Shown piece after piece: positions 51,921 to 64,000 of a DNA stretch of 64,000 nucleotides. The notes beneath the pieces were generated by a model. It was not told the origin of the DNA. It did not search any database and was given only the letters and a program-made list of their open reading frames with translations. Every line of letters begins with the position of its first letter. Position 1 is the first letter of the stretch. The DNA comes from Octopus sinensis (Eukaryota). The DNA lies in the NCBI RefSeq assembly GCF_006345805.1, contig NC_043004.1:11842001-11906000 (forward strand), read 5' to 3'. A program made the position numbers and the translations under genes.

Positions 51921-52150
51921 CATATGGCGTAGTGGTTAAGAGTGCGGGCTATTAACCCCAAGATTCCGAGTTCGATTCCAAGCAGTGACCTGAATAATAA
52001 ATAATAAAGCATCGAAAAACACCTTAGGAATGAGAACCCAGGTTCGAAATTTCCCCAAGACACCAGATGAAGGCCGGAGAGTATATCAGCCGAAACGTTG
52101 TTAACAACAAACAAGATGAGGACAAAAATCCGTCAAATGTAAATAATGTA
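51921..52150 (+). mobile_element. Family D: tRNA-headed SINE-like element with hammerhead-bearing 3' part
   Basis: A box TGGCGTAGTGG, B box GAGTTCGATTC; hammerhead at 52060-52101 with core mutated to CAGATGA. Confidence 0.8.
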
Positions 52151-52574
52151 CATGGTTGTCACTTTATTCGCTAGCAATAGAAACCAAATCTCTGTCAAAT
52201 CACCCTATTTCCCTCTCTCTCTTTCTCTCTTCCCCCCTCTTTCTCCCTCTCTCTCTTTTCTTGTGCCATGCCTACAGGGGGGCGCTGATTATGTACCTCC
52301 CTGTCAAAGTCTGCAGATATTTTATTTTCTCTGAGGAAGACACACCCATGGGTTTCTATTATCAGCCAGTCCATTTAGGTTATACTCCGTTAGTGTCTCG
52401 CCCTCTTCAGCTTTACGCTTAAATCACAGACCCTATTTGATCCTTACGGAGGGGACTGGTTGATTTCACATCGGGGTATGTCAACTGGGTTAATGTTGTT
52501 CTAGAAATATACCTGGAAAAAAAATCCCACAAGATAGCCCTAGCTATAATATCTTTGATCAGGCCACTTGTAGT

Positions 52575-52711
52575 TCTACTACTACTACTACCACCACCAC
52601 ACTACCATCACTACCACTATTACTACTACTACTACCACCACAACTATTAGCACCACCACATTACCATCACTGCAACTACTACCACCACCGCCATCACCAC
52701 ACTACCATCAC

Positions 52712-52745
<34 letters not shown>

Positions 52746-53078
52746 CCACCATCACTACTACCACTACCATCATCACCACTACTAGCACCACCACCACTAC
52801 TACTACCACCCCACCAGCATACTACCACCACCACTACCATCATCACCATCATTACAACTACTAGCACTACCATCACCACAACCACTTCTACTACTACTAC
52901 TACAACCACAACTATTAGCACCATCACACTACCATCACTGCAACTACTACCACCACCATCACTACCACTACAACTACTACCACCACCACACCATCACTAC
53001 TACTACGACTACCTCTACTACAACTACAACCACCACCACCACCACTACTACTACTACTACTATTACTACTACTACTAC
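52575..53078. repeat. Mixed (ACT/ACC/ATC)n trinucleotide tract with internal duplication
   Basis: Direct reading. Confidence 0.95.
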
Positions 53079-53965
53079 TTTTTACTGGTTACTCATTAGC
53101 CAATACAAGGAAACAATGGTGTGAAGTTTTGAGAGAGAGATGAGTACTAGAAATAACCGGTAGGTGTGACCTGGTTGGTCAAAGAGAATTGGAGGAAGTC
53201 TGGCATCAGAAGCACTTGTTAAGAAAGAAGGACCCTTTTCCTCAAACGGTTTTGCTTCCTTTCACTAACAATATAAACAGCTTCCGATCTCGTCATTGCA
53301 GACAACTTCGTTAGTTATTTGACTCCGCGTTTTTTTTCTCTACATCCTCTCCACATTTTGGGGAAGGTTGTCTTCAGTTTTGAATAATGAAAGGAGCGAT
53401 AACAATGGAGTGGTCGTTATAGAAGGAAAGGACATTGTTTCATATTCTTTGTTACTTTTTATTTTTATGTTTGTTTTTTTTTGTTGTTTTTGTTTTTGTT
53501 TTTTTACCTTTTGTTTAGCTTTCCTTCTTATTAGCGAATATATATATATGGTACTAGTAGCGTAGACTGGACCTGGTTTGCGCACACGAGCAAACGCGTG
53601 TCCGCGCTAGCTAGACGTAGGCAGTCGATCCTAAGAGCTGACTGGCGCATGCACGATATATACTTGTATCGATATATACTTGTATATATCGTATATATAT
53701 ATTCGCTAACAATTGCAAAACGTTGACTATTCAGATTTCTCTGTTATTGGCATCGAGTTACGTCCCTTCTCGGTCTGAATTGAACGCCATTTGTTAATTT
53801 GTCTTTCGTTATATTATGTGGTTGATAAAATGTAATACCTGTCAATAAACGCGTTCGATTTAATCGGTTATTTCACTCACCCACAAACACATTGTGGTCC
53901 TCCCTTTAAAAAGAAAAACAAAATACGAAAACTTTAAAGGAAGTTTTGTAAGGCAAAATGCTTAT

Positions 53966-54368
53966 AGGCGCAGGAGTGGCTGTGTGGTAAGTAGCTTGCT
54001 AACCAACCACATGGTTCCGGGTTCAGTCCCACTGCGTGGCATCTTGGGCAAGTGTCTTCTGCTATAGCCCCGGGCAGACCAATGCCTTGTGAGTGGATTT
54101 GGTAGACGGAAACTGAAAGAAGCCTGTCGTATATATATATATATATGTATGTATGTGTGTGTGTTTGTGTGTCTGTCCCCTTAGCATTGCTTGACAACCG
54201 ATGCTGATGTGTTTACGTCCCCGTCACTTAGCGGTTCGGCAAAAGAGACCGATATAATAAGTACTGGGCTTACAAAGAATAAGTCCCGGGGTCGATTTGC
54301 TCGACTGAAGGCGGTGCTCCAGCATGGCCGCAGTCAAATGACTGAAACAAGTAAAAGAGTAAAGAGTA
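53966..54368 (+). mobile_element. SINE family A, full length and young, nested in an old SINE B
   Basis: aggcgcaggagtggctgtgtgg...gtaaaagagtaaaagagta; flanks rejoin as a SINE B head. Confidence 0.93.
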
Positions 54369-55769
54369 TAGCATTCTTTCCGACTCTTTAACATTCTGAG
54401 GCCAAACTCCGCCGAGCTCAACTTTCCTTTTCATTTTTTCGGAGGTCGATAAGATAAGTACCAGGCAAGAACTGTGGCAGATGTAGTCGACTAAAATTGC
54501 TGGCTTTCTGCCAAAATTTAAAATCACTATTGATATTAGCAGAATCATTTGATCGTCGGCCAAAACAACCCTTGCAGTTTTTTGCTTTTCATCCTTTTTT
54601 TGGGGGGGTCAATGAAATAAGTATCGGTCGAGTACTGGGGGTCAGATGAAACAGACTAGTCTCCCTTTCCCAAAAATTTCAGGCATTTATGCCTACAGTG
54701 GAATAGATTACTATTACTATGAACGCTATTAAGTGTCAATTTAATTAGCATTGAAATCTATGCTAATTAAATTGGCCCGTAATGCTGAGGTTTGGTGACA
54801 ACAAGTCTCCTCAAATCTCAAGAATTTTTGTTGGTATTCTTGCAGGATACTTCTTGGAATTTGTTTTTGCAAGAACAATACGGGTCTCATCTCTAGTAAC
54901 CTTCATCCTCAGGGTGTTGTGCCAAGCAGCACAGGCAGCAGCAGCTGCAGCCACAGCGGGTCTTGTTCTTATTGTTGTTTAGCACCAGATCAACTTTGAT
55001 GCTAATCTGTGTTCCAGCCATCATCATGTCTTTTAGTTAGGAATAGTGTACCCCAGGCTAAGAGAATGTGGATCCAGAGAGATAGATTTTGGCTGCTATT
55101 TCTAGCTAGCTGAGCGTTTATATCGCTGCTTCATTAAATCATTCAAGTTGTTGTTTTGCTTAGACACCCTAACAATCAGCCCTGATTGAGCAGACATGAT
55201 AAATGGGGTTCCAGTCGTGTTTGTTTGTTTGTTTTCCTTAATCGAGTGTAGAACAACTGATATCATACCTGTCATATGGCAGGGGGCGGGGGTTGGTTGC
55301 GGTAGAGTGTGTGATGTGAGGGAGATTTGCCTACTGTTTCTAACGGCACCCTGGCTGAGTTTAAACAGGTGTAAATTTCAGCAAGAATCATCGGTGTTGG
55401 AAATAAATATGTGTGCATCTGATTGTGGTTGGGTTAATAGAAGAGAGAAAAGGACAGAGAAGGAGAATAAGAAAGAGAGAGAGAGAGATGGAGAAGAAGA
55501 GAAATAGAGGTGCGGGCGGGGTGGGGTGGGGTGTGGGGTTGATGTTACTATTAATTCGTAATTTGTAAAGGAAATTAAACACGATGATAGAGCGTTAGCG
55601 TGAGGGGAAATAAATGAGGTGGCGTTGTCGTTGTTATTGCTGTTGTGGTTGTTGTTGTTGGTGGTAATGTTGTTGTTGTTGTTAGCGGTGGTGGTGGTGA
55701 TAACGAGAGGCAAGGCAACAGAGAAAACCAGCTGATATTTCTATCTCTTCCTTTATTTTCCTTTCGTAT

Positions 55770-55863
55770 ATATATGTTTATTTCATATATGCACATGCAT
55801 ATGTATATATACATACATACATACACACATCTACACATACACGTGTTTCATATATATATATAC

Positions 55864-55898
<35 letters not shown>

Positions 55899-55960
55899 CG
55901 TGTTTGTGTGTGCATATATTAGTATGTTTCTATGTATGTGTATGTATTCGTATGCGCATG

Positions 55961-55991
<31 letters not shown>

Positions 55992-56320
55992 GCTGATCTA
56001 TATTTGTATGTCTGTATGTATATGTGTATATATGTTTGCGTATGTGTGCGTGTGCGTGTATATATATATATGTGTGTGTGTGTGTGTGGCTCTGTGTGTG
56101 CATATATTTGTATGTTTCTTTGAATGTAAATGTATTCATATGCGCATGTGTATATATGTTTGTGTGCATGTGCGTGTGTATATATATATATGTGCGTGTG
56201 TGTGTGTGTGCGTGTGTGTATATATATATATATATATACATATGTGTGCGTGTGTGCGTGTGTTTGTGTATGTGTGTGTGTGTAATTACGTATATGTTGG
56301 CGCGCATGTGTGTGCATTTG
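55770..56320. repeat. (TG)n/(TA)n low-complexity tract
   Basis: Direct reading. Confidence 0.95.
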
Positions 56321-56920
56321 GTGCAAGATGCGAGTGTCAGTTCAGTAATGCCTATTTTTAATGACGAACAAAAAGGATGAGGATGGTGATGATGACGACG
56401 ACTACGACGACGATGACGATGACAAAAATAACAGCAGTAACAAATAGATCATGCAACACTAAGGAAATTGCAGCTGCAGCAACATTAACGACAGCAACAA
56501 CAGCAAGAATAGTAAGTCCTGCCAAAACAACAACACCAACTTCAAAATAGTAACTATGATGAAGTCATCATCATAATTATCGTCATTATCACCATCATCA
56601 CTAAGAAGAAGAACAGCAACAACATCAATGATAACAAGAACAACATCCATGGCCACTTCTTTTGCCATATTTGGGCCCGTCTCCAAACATAAATAATAAA
56701 ACAAAACGAAAGAAGGAAATTGAAAATATAATGAACGAATATATTATTACGTTGGTGGTAGAATCGTTAAGACATTCGGGCAAAATGCTTACGGGTTTTC
56801 GTCCGTTTTTTACGTTCTGAGTTCAAATTCCGCCAAGGTCGACTTTGCCTTTCATCCTTTCGGGGTCGACTCATCCCCTCCCCCAAAACTGCTGCAGTTG
56901 TGGCAAAACTTGAAATTAAA

Positions 56921-57370
56921 GAGTCCAGAAGCTGGCTACCCGCATGGTTCTTGGTCTCAAGCATTTGTCTTATGAAGAAAGGCTGAAGACGCTCGACCTT
57001 TATTCTCTAGAAAAACGACGACGCCGTGGTGATCTCATTGTTGCTCACAACATCATAAGCGGAAAGTGTAACCTCTCGAAAGAGCTGTTCTTCACTCCTG
57101 CTCCAGGACGTCGACTGCTGGGTCACTCCGAAAAGCTCTATCTACGACGATTTCATCTCAATCGAAGGAGAGGGGCTTTCTCCGTCCGGGTTGCGGATCC
57201 GTGGAATAAGCTGCCGGACGAGATAGTGAAGATGCCGACGACCGCTCGGTTCAAAGTCTCCCTTGACCACAAATGGCCTGAACTCTTTGCATGAACACCA
57301 CACCGTACATAACTCCATGTCCCCCTACATGGCCTTGCTTTTTGAGCCAAAAAAATTAACTTAACTTAAA
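56921..57370 (+). mobile_element. 5'-truncated CR1-group LINE: ORF2 C-terminus, 3' UTR and (TTAAC)n tail, inserted in a SINE B tail
   Basis: RVQKLATRMVLGLKHLSYEERLKTLDLYSLEKRRRRGDLI...FSVRVADPWNKLP..., the classic CR1 C-terminal motifs; frame open to the stop at 57294. Confidence 0.93.
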
Positions 57371-57566
57371 CAAATATATGTGCCGTTGGATGACGGAATC
57401 GATACGGCAAATAACAAAAAAAAAAAAAAAATTGTGATGTTAGATCGCCGTCAATTGTCCCTCGGTGCTTAAGGTTCACAGTTTTTTTTTTCTTTTTTTT
57501 ACGAGGTCAATACAAAAAGTATCATATAAAAAACTGGGGTTTCTGGTTTCAAAATACATACATAAA

Positions 57567-57804
57567 TACTCTTTTACTCTTTTTTATTCTTTTACTGGTT
57601 TCAGTCATTTGACTGTGGCCATGCCGGAGCACCGCCTTTAGTCGAGCAAATCGACCTCAGGACTTATTCTTTGTAAGCCTAGTACTTATTCTATCGGCCT
57701 CTTTTGACGTACCGTTAAGTTACGGGGACGCAAACACACCAGCATCGGTTGTCAAGCGATGTTGGGGGGACAAACACAGACGCACAAACATATACACACA
57801 CACA

Positions 57805-57876
<72 letters not shown>

Positions 57877-58006
57877 TATATATATATATACGACAGGCTT
57901 CTTTCAGTTTCTGTCTACCAAATCCACTCACAAGGCTTTGGTCGGCCAAGGCTATAGTAGAAGACACTTGCCCAAGGTGCCACACAGTGGGAATGAACCC
58001 GGGACC
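57567..58006 (-). mobile_element. SINE family A
   Basis: Tail to B box present. Confidence 0.9.
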
Positions 58007-58136
58007 AAACCTGAGAGCAGAGGCTAGAGCATGACAACCGTCTCAGTGATTGAAATTTGTGAAAGAATAACACGATACATACGCACGCATTCACATACAT
58101 TGTGTGTGTGTGTGTTTGCAAATTTATATTTGCACC

Positions 58137-58535
58137 CGCAGGTGTGACTCTGTGGTTTCTGGTTCGGTGCCACTGTGCGGCACCTCGAGCAAGTGTCTTC
58201 TGTTATAACTCTGGCCCTTCCAATACCTTGTGAGTGAATTTGGTTGACGGAAACTATATGGATGCTTCTCGTGTCTGTATATATATATGTAAATGTGTGT
58301 GTGTGTGTGCGTGTTTGTGTGTGCGCGCGCTCACGTTTGCTTCATTCCCACCATTGTTTGACGACTGGTGTTGGTTTGTTTACGTCTCCGTGACTTAGCG
58401 GTTCGGCATATGTTGTCGATAGATTAAGTACCAGACTTTAAAACATTGAGTCCTAATGTCCATTTGTTCGAGCAATGCCTTCGTGATCGGTGCCCCAGCA
58501 TGGGCTGAAGTCCAATGACCGAAGTAACAAAAAGA
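58137..58535 (+). mobile_element. SINE family A (older)
   Basis: Diverged, head to tail. Confidence 0.8.
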
Positions 58536-58587
58536 AGATATATATACATGCCCTCTCTGTTTGTCTGTCTGTGTGTCTGTCTCCTCT

Positions 58588-58818
58588 TATTTCTTTATTG
58601 CCACAAAGGGCTAAACATAGAGGGGACAAACAAGGTCAGACAAACGGATTAAGACGATTACGTCGACCCCAGTGAGTAACTGGTGCTTAATTTATCGACC
58701 CCCGAAAAGATGAAAGGTAAATTCGACCTCGGGAGAATTTGAACTCAGAACGTAACGGCAGGCGAAACACCGCTAAGCATTTTGCCCAGCGTGCTAACGA
58801 TTCTGCCAGCTCACCGCC
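58588..58818 (-). mobile_element. SINE family B, full length
   Basis: Head to tail; imperfect TSD tctcYtctta. Confidence 0.9.
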
Positions 58819-58840
58819 TCTCTCTTCTTAGTTGACAACA

Positions 58841-59000
58841 GCGGCTGTGTGGTAAGAAGTTTGCTTCTCAACCGCATGCTTTAGGGTTCAACCTCACTGC
58901 GGGCCACCTTGGAGGCAAGTGTCTTCTACTGTAACCTCGGGCCCCACCAAAGCCTTGCGAGTGGATTTGCTATACAGAAACTGAAAGAAGCCCGTCATGT
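58841..59000 (+). mobile_element. SINE family A 5' half
   Basis: A/B boxes and CORE-like segment. Confidence 0.8.
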
Positions 59001-59018
59001 GTATGTGTATGTGTGTAT

Positions 59019-59052
<34 letters not shown>

Positions 59053-59485
59053 CCTCCCCCTCTCCCTTTTCTCCTGTCTCTTCCGTATTCGCGAACATGT
59101 AATCGCTGTGGGCACTTATACAAAACTTAAATACGAGAACGTTAATATCAAACTTAATCTACATATATAGAGGTTTGCAAACACAAACCATAATAGTTTA
59201 TTTATCTAAAATATCATAAAAATATCACTTACACACGTAAATACCTCTTCAAGCATATACCACAATACATACATACCTATATGCGTATATTTACAAAATT
59301 TTGTCATGATTATTTTTCTTTCGTCGGTCTTATTTTATTTATTCTTCATTTATTCATTTTTTTCTTTTTGGTAAAATATCTTCACATGATACATAGATTA
59401 TGCTATATCTAACACATACGATTTTAATGTTCGTATCTAAACACGCATGTTTGTATAAAGGTGATTTTATTTGTCTCTGCGCATG

Positions 59486-59524
<39 letters not shown>

Positions 59525-59788
59525 GCAGATACGTAACTTATATACATAAGTATGTATATTTACGTAAGTTTATGTACATATATACCTGTGTATATTTTTA
59601 GTGTATTCTCCTTAAAAACATCTATTTCCTAAATTTACACTTGGTATACATTTTCTCGATATTTATATAATTCTATCGATTAAAATTCTATTCAAACAAT
59701 TGCTTTCGATTTTAGTGTCCAAATTTCTTTTCCCAAAATATATTTTATATCCTCATTGAAGGCAAAAAAATATAATAATAAAGGAATA

Positions 59789-59842
<54 letters not shown>

Positions 59843-60055
59843 TTTCTTAAAAATGTTAAGTCGAAGTATATGTTTTACCCTCTACGTATCTATCTATATA
59901 TCTATCTATCTATCTATCTATCTGCCTCTCGATCTATCTATCTGTCTGTCTATCTTTGTGTGTGTATTTCCATACACACATACATAAATGTAAAATGCTC
60001 TAATGTATTCCTGCTGGTGTGTGTGTGTGTGTTGTGTGTATACATATATATATAT

Positions 60056-60087
<32 letters not shown>

Positions 60088-60508
60088 GCTTCTCTTTGTG
60101 TAGGGTGTATTTGTGTGAATAAGTACACACACACACACACACACACAATGATTTAAGAGGAAATGAACATGAAAAATCTTGCTATATCTTACGTGTTGCA
60201 AAGATATATTTTTGTCATTTCCGCTCCTAAATCCTAGTTTTATCTTCTCAAATCTGACTCATTTCGACATATTTTCAATTATAATATTCTTAATTATCCA
60301 TTTCTTAAAATAATTTTTGTTCTCTAACAAAAGGCAAACCATCTTTGTGGGCAAGGACGTGGAAGAAGAGAAATCAACATCACTTTTTTTTACTCTTCCG
60401 ATATTGATACGATACGCCATCACCGTTCGAAAACTGCGGTCGATTTGTTTCAGTCCTACTCAAACATAGGGGGTTTTTTTCTTCTATGATCGACGAGGCA
60501 TATCGTTC

Positions 60509-60733
60509 TATTTCTTTACTACCCACAAGGGGCTAAACACAGAGGGGACAAACAAGGACAGACAAACGGATTAAGTCGATTATATCGACCCCAGTGCGTA
60601 ACTGGTACTTATTTAATCGACCCCGAAAGGATGAAAGGTAAAGTCGACCTCGGCGGAATTTGAACTCAGAACGTAGCGGCAGACGAAATACTGGTAAGCA
60701 TTTCGCCCGGCGTGCTAACGTTTCTGCCAGCTC
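60509..60733 (-). mobile_element. SINE family B, young, nested in an old opposite-strand B copy
   Basis: 11-bp TSD GCATATCGTTC (60498-60508, 60734-60744). Confidence 0.93.
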
Positions 60734-61024
60734 GCATATCGTTCGCCTTTCAAATTCCGCCGAGGTCGTCAACTATGCCTTTCATCCTTAAGGGGGCAAT
60801 AAAGTATGTAACCAGTTGAGCACTGAGATCGATATAATCGATTAAGCCTCTCCCAAAAATTGCTAACCACTTGCCAAAATTTGAAACCAGGCCTGTCTTG
60901 TTCTTTAAGCTAAAGAGAAAAGAAGTAACAAAACAGAAAATTTTTAGTATGAGTTTTTTTCTGCTGTACTAAGTGTACTTCTATACAAAACGATTACCTT
61001 TTCTGCAGCTTCCCTCTAAATACT

Positions 61025-61438
61025 CTTTACTCTTTTACTCTTTTACTTGTTTCAGTCATTTGACTGCGGCCATGCTGGAGCACCGCCTTTAATCGAGCAA
61101 CTCAACCCCGGAACTTATTCTATTGTAAGCCCAGTACTTATTCTATCGGTCTCTTTTGCCGAACCGCTAAGTGACGGGGACGTAAACACACCAGCATCGG
61201 TTGTCAAGCGATGTTGGGGGGTACAAACACAGACACACAAACACATACATATATATATATACATATATACGACAGGCTTCTTTCAGTTTCCGTCTACCAA
61301 ATCCACTCACAACGCATTATCGGCCCGGCCAGGGCTATAGTAGAAGACACTTGCCCAAGGTGCCACGCAGTGGGACTGAACCCGGAACCATGTGGTTGGT
61401 TAGCAAGCTACTTACCACACAGCCACTCCTGCGCCTAT
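61025..61438 (-). mobile_element. SINE family A, full length, flanked by a 52-bp direct repeat
   Basis: 60973-61024 is identical to 61439-61490. Confidence 0.95.
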
Positions 61439-61964
61439 GTGTACTTCTATACAAAACGATTACCTTTTCTGCAGCTTCCCTCTAAATACTGTCTACAATG
61501 TTTAGGTGTTTTTTTTTTATTATTTTCCTTAATTATTTTTTATCTAATACAACTATTATAGATATCAGGTGGCAGCTGTTATTCATTATAATTTAATGTA
61601 AAGCTAGTCAAAGGCTTAGTACTCCAGCCTTGTCAAAATAGGAAGCTAATTGGATACCCCAGAATCGTATTACATAGTGGTATTACTGTCGGTTTTTCAT
61701 AATGAATATAATTTCAAGTAGCGCTTATAAATTACTTTTTATTAATATGAAATTCGTTACTGCTCTAGAACATGGAGCGGAATTCTCACACATGCTATAC
61801 CTTATAGAGATCCCCAGTCTCCCTCTCTCTAGTCTCTCCCTCTCTAGTCTCTCCCTCTCACTGTATAGAAAGATAGGAACAAGTGTGTGTTTGAGTGAGT
61901 GTGTATAAATACCCATACATATTTGTTAATTTTTACAAAGAGAAGTCTTGTAGATGTGTAGTGA

Positions 61965-62235
61965 TCCTATACAACAGTAGGCGCGCGCAACGCCCTCTCG
62001 CGCATACGCGAAGACCGGAGGAAGGAATTTGCTGTCGTGTCGTTAGTTGATAGGCAGGGGACAGCGAACCTTAGCAAAGAGACAGGGAGCGTAAAACGTT
62101 GACCAACTGGGCGTCCAGAGAGAGATATAGCAGCAGTAAGCAGCGACTTGAGGCACAGCGATCGAAGGTAGCAGACCGTATTCCCTTCGCTCCCTAAGGA
62201 CGCCATTTTGACCAGTTCTGTTTTAGCGGCTGAAC
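61965..62235. promoter_or_regulatory. CpG-rich promoter-like patch
   Basis: gcgcgcgc, gcgcatacgc (NRF1-like), ccggag/ggaa (ETS-like) and GCCATTTTG (YY1-like; reads AAAATGGCG on the minus strand, ATG at 62206). Confidence 0.45.
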
Positions 62236-62636
62236 ATTGTAAAAACTTACAGCGTTAAAGTTCAGCCTTGCACATCAAGAACCAAGGGATACCAGATACA
62301 CCACTTATTTCGTTCTGTGGATAACACAATAAAGAGTATATATTTTTTACGTTTGCGTCTTGTGTTTTCTGACTGGTAGAATCTGGAAAGTAAAGCAACG
62401 GAAATCGTGATTGCACCAGTTGCACCCTGAAAGTACAAGAAGCATACTCATTCCCGTTACAGATGCATCGAAGTTTCACTCTTATGGTGACAGTTAATAA
62501 GCTGTAACTTCGGAGTCACTGACAACTAATTTCTTTGTCAAATACTGAGTGATCTCTCAGTTTAATGTATAACATTAAGGCACTGCTCCAGCATGGGCAC
62601 AGCGAAATGACTGAAGCAAGTAAAAGAATAAAACCT

Positions 62637-63050
62637 GGATCTTTGCAGTTTGAACGGCAGTTTTTCTAGCGGTGTCATATGAAATTGTCACCCATAATTA
62701 TGACCCTAGAATCGATCTATTGCATTTCAATCTCTTTTAGGGTTAGGGTTGGTTAGGGTTATGAGTGGGGGAAGGGTATCTTTTTTTCTTCACAAATGTA
62801 AATAAATCTTAAACGAGGGACATATTCATACGGCACAGAATGCTTTTTAACTCAATAGACGTCACTGATTGGTTGAAATTGCAGAAATTAAAACAACTAA
62901 TATCTTACAAACTATAGAATTTTCTCAATAAAGCCAAGAGAAACACATTTATAACACATTTATAAACACATTCTACCAGTATACTAATTTTAAAATTTTT
63001 TAGTTCCTTAGAAATTATGTTAAAAACTGCCGTTCAAACGGAAAAGATCC
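62637..63050. mobile_element. MITE, Mutator-like, with internal telomere-like TTAGGG repeats
   Basis: 29-bp TIRs GGATCTTTGCAGTTTGAACGGCAGTTTTT / AAAAACTGCCGTTCAAACGGAAAAGATCC (2 mismatches); near-TSD TAAAACCT / TAAAAACCT. Confidence 0.85.
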
Positions 63051-63698
63051 TAAAAACCTTTTTATTATTATGCATACATTCATACGTGTGTGTGTGTGTG
63101 TGTTGTTTTGTGTGTTTGAGTGAAGAGTGAAGTTAACAGGAAAACGTTTCGCTCGGTTCCCAGCAAAATAACAGCAGAGACAATTGTTTACAACATGAGG
63201 TCTGGATAGTATCTCGCAGCAAGGTCAGGTTATTTTAAAAGCGTTCCTACCGCCATTAGTCCCTCATCGTTTTATCTGACAACAATCAAAATATTTGGAA
63301 CCAAAAAGTCAGATTGTAATAATAATAATAATAATAAGTAATAATAATAATAATAATGAAGCAAACAAAAATAAATTGTAAAATAAACCAGAGTTTTAGG
63401 CAAAGGAAACTAGGTCAAAATATAAATGAAAATAGATATAAATAAATAATAATAATACGTAGAAAACATTGCCAAACTTCTTGTCAGCCGCTTTTGAAGA
63501 AAGGTTAAAATGCGGAAAATTAGTGAATTTAGGAGTGTGTGCGATGGAGTTAACAATGGTAATACGATTCGAAGAGAGTTCGTAAACTTGCTGTTGTTGT
63601 TTAATCTCAGGTCAATTTTGGTGAAGCAGATCTATGATCAAAAGCGTACAAGCTGTGATAATCCCCGTTCATTCTCTCTCTCTCTTCCTCTCTCCTCC

Positions 63699-63745
<47 letters not shown>

Positions 63746-64000
63746 ACAGTGTATTTAAAATAACATTATCTAATAGATCTCTAACATATGGAAGATTCTT
63801 TGTTCTTTCCTGTTTATCGATGTTATGTCAGGTCAACTCCAATTGAACATGCCTTATTCTCAATTGCATTTCATTTGTGGCCATCTCTTCTTTTTTCCTG
63901 TACTTATTTTTTAGTCTGGTATATAGTCTATCTGCTCCTTTTGTGAAACCGCAGTTCCAGAGATGTAAACAAACCAACATCGGTTATCAAGTGATGTAGG

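Noticed and set aside
52271-52286. CTCF-like motif cctacaggggggcgct
   Set aside because: Imperfect single match with no supporting context
54782-54982. ORF ending ...LVTFILRVL, faintly like an R4/Dong LINE C-terminus
   Set aside because: Similarity is too short to support a call
55514-55538. G-quadruplex-like GGG/GGGG runs
   Set aside because: Common low-complexity motif with no evidence of function
232-63846. Hundreds of ORFs rich in YI/HT/CV repeats or recurring peptides such as RPQDLFFVSLVLILS and RPRKDERQSRPRRNLNS
   Set aside because: They are translations of microsatellites and SINE A/B bodies, not genes

Overview
This is animal nuclear DNA rather than prokaryotic, most likely an octopus; I infer that from the tRNA-derived SINE families and the extreme (TA)n/(CA)n density. 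It looks like intronic or intergenic sequence, with one 100-N scaffold gap. There is no complete protein-coding gene, and nearly all ORF-track entries are microsatellite or SINE translations. Contents: many copies of about four tRNA-headed SINE families (my labels A-D), 3' remnants of CR1-, RTE- and Penelope-like retroelements, hAT, pogo/Tigger, mariner and Mutator-like MITEs, two tRNA pseudogenes (Asp-GTC, initiator Met), and candidate 5' exons of a minus-strand gene that would continue off the left edge. The most notable signal is a set of type I hammerhead-ribozyme motifs carried by several unrelated short Penelope-like elements, often set in (TA)n or arranged as inverted pairs. They include a canonical hammerhead with a 12-bp stem II (42235-42317, -), a tRNA-headed SINE carrying a hammerhead, and U3-A8 covariant cores. 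All structures were folded by eye and no searches were run. Repeat boundaries are approximate unless a TSD or TIR fixes them.
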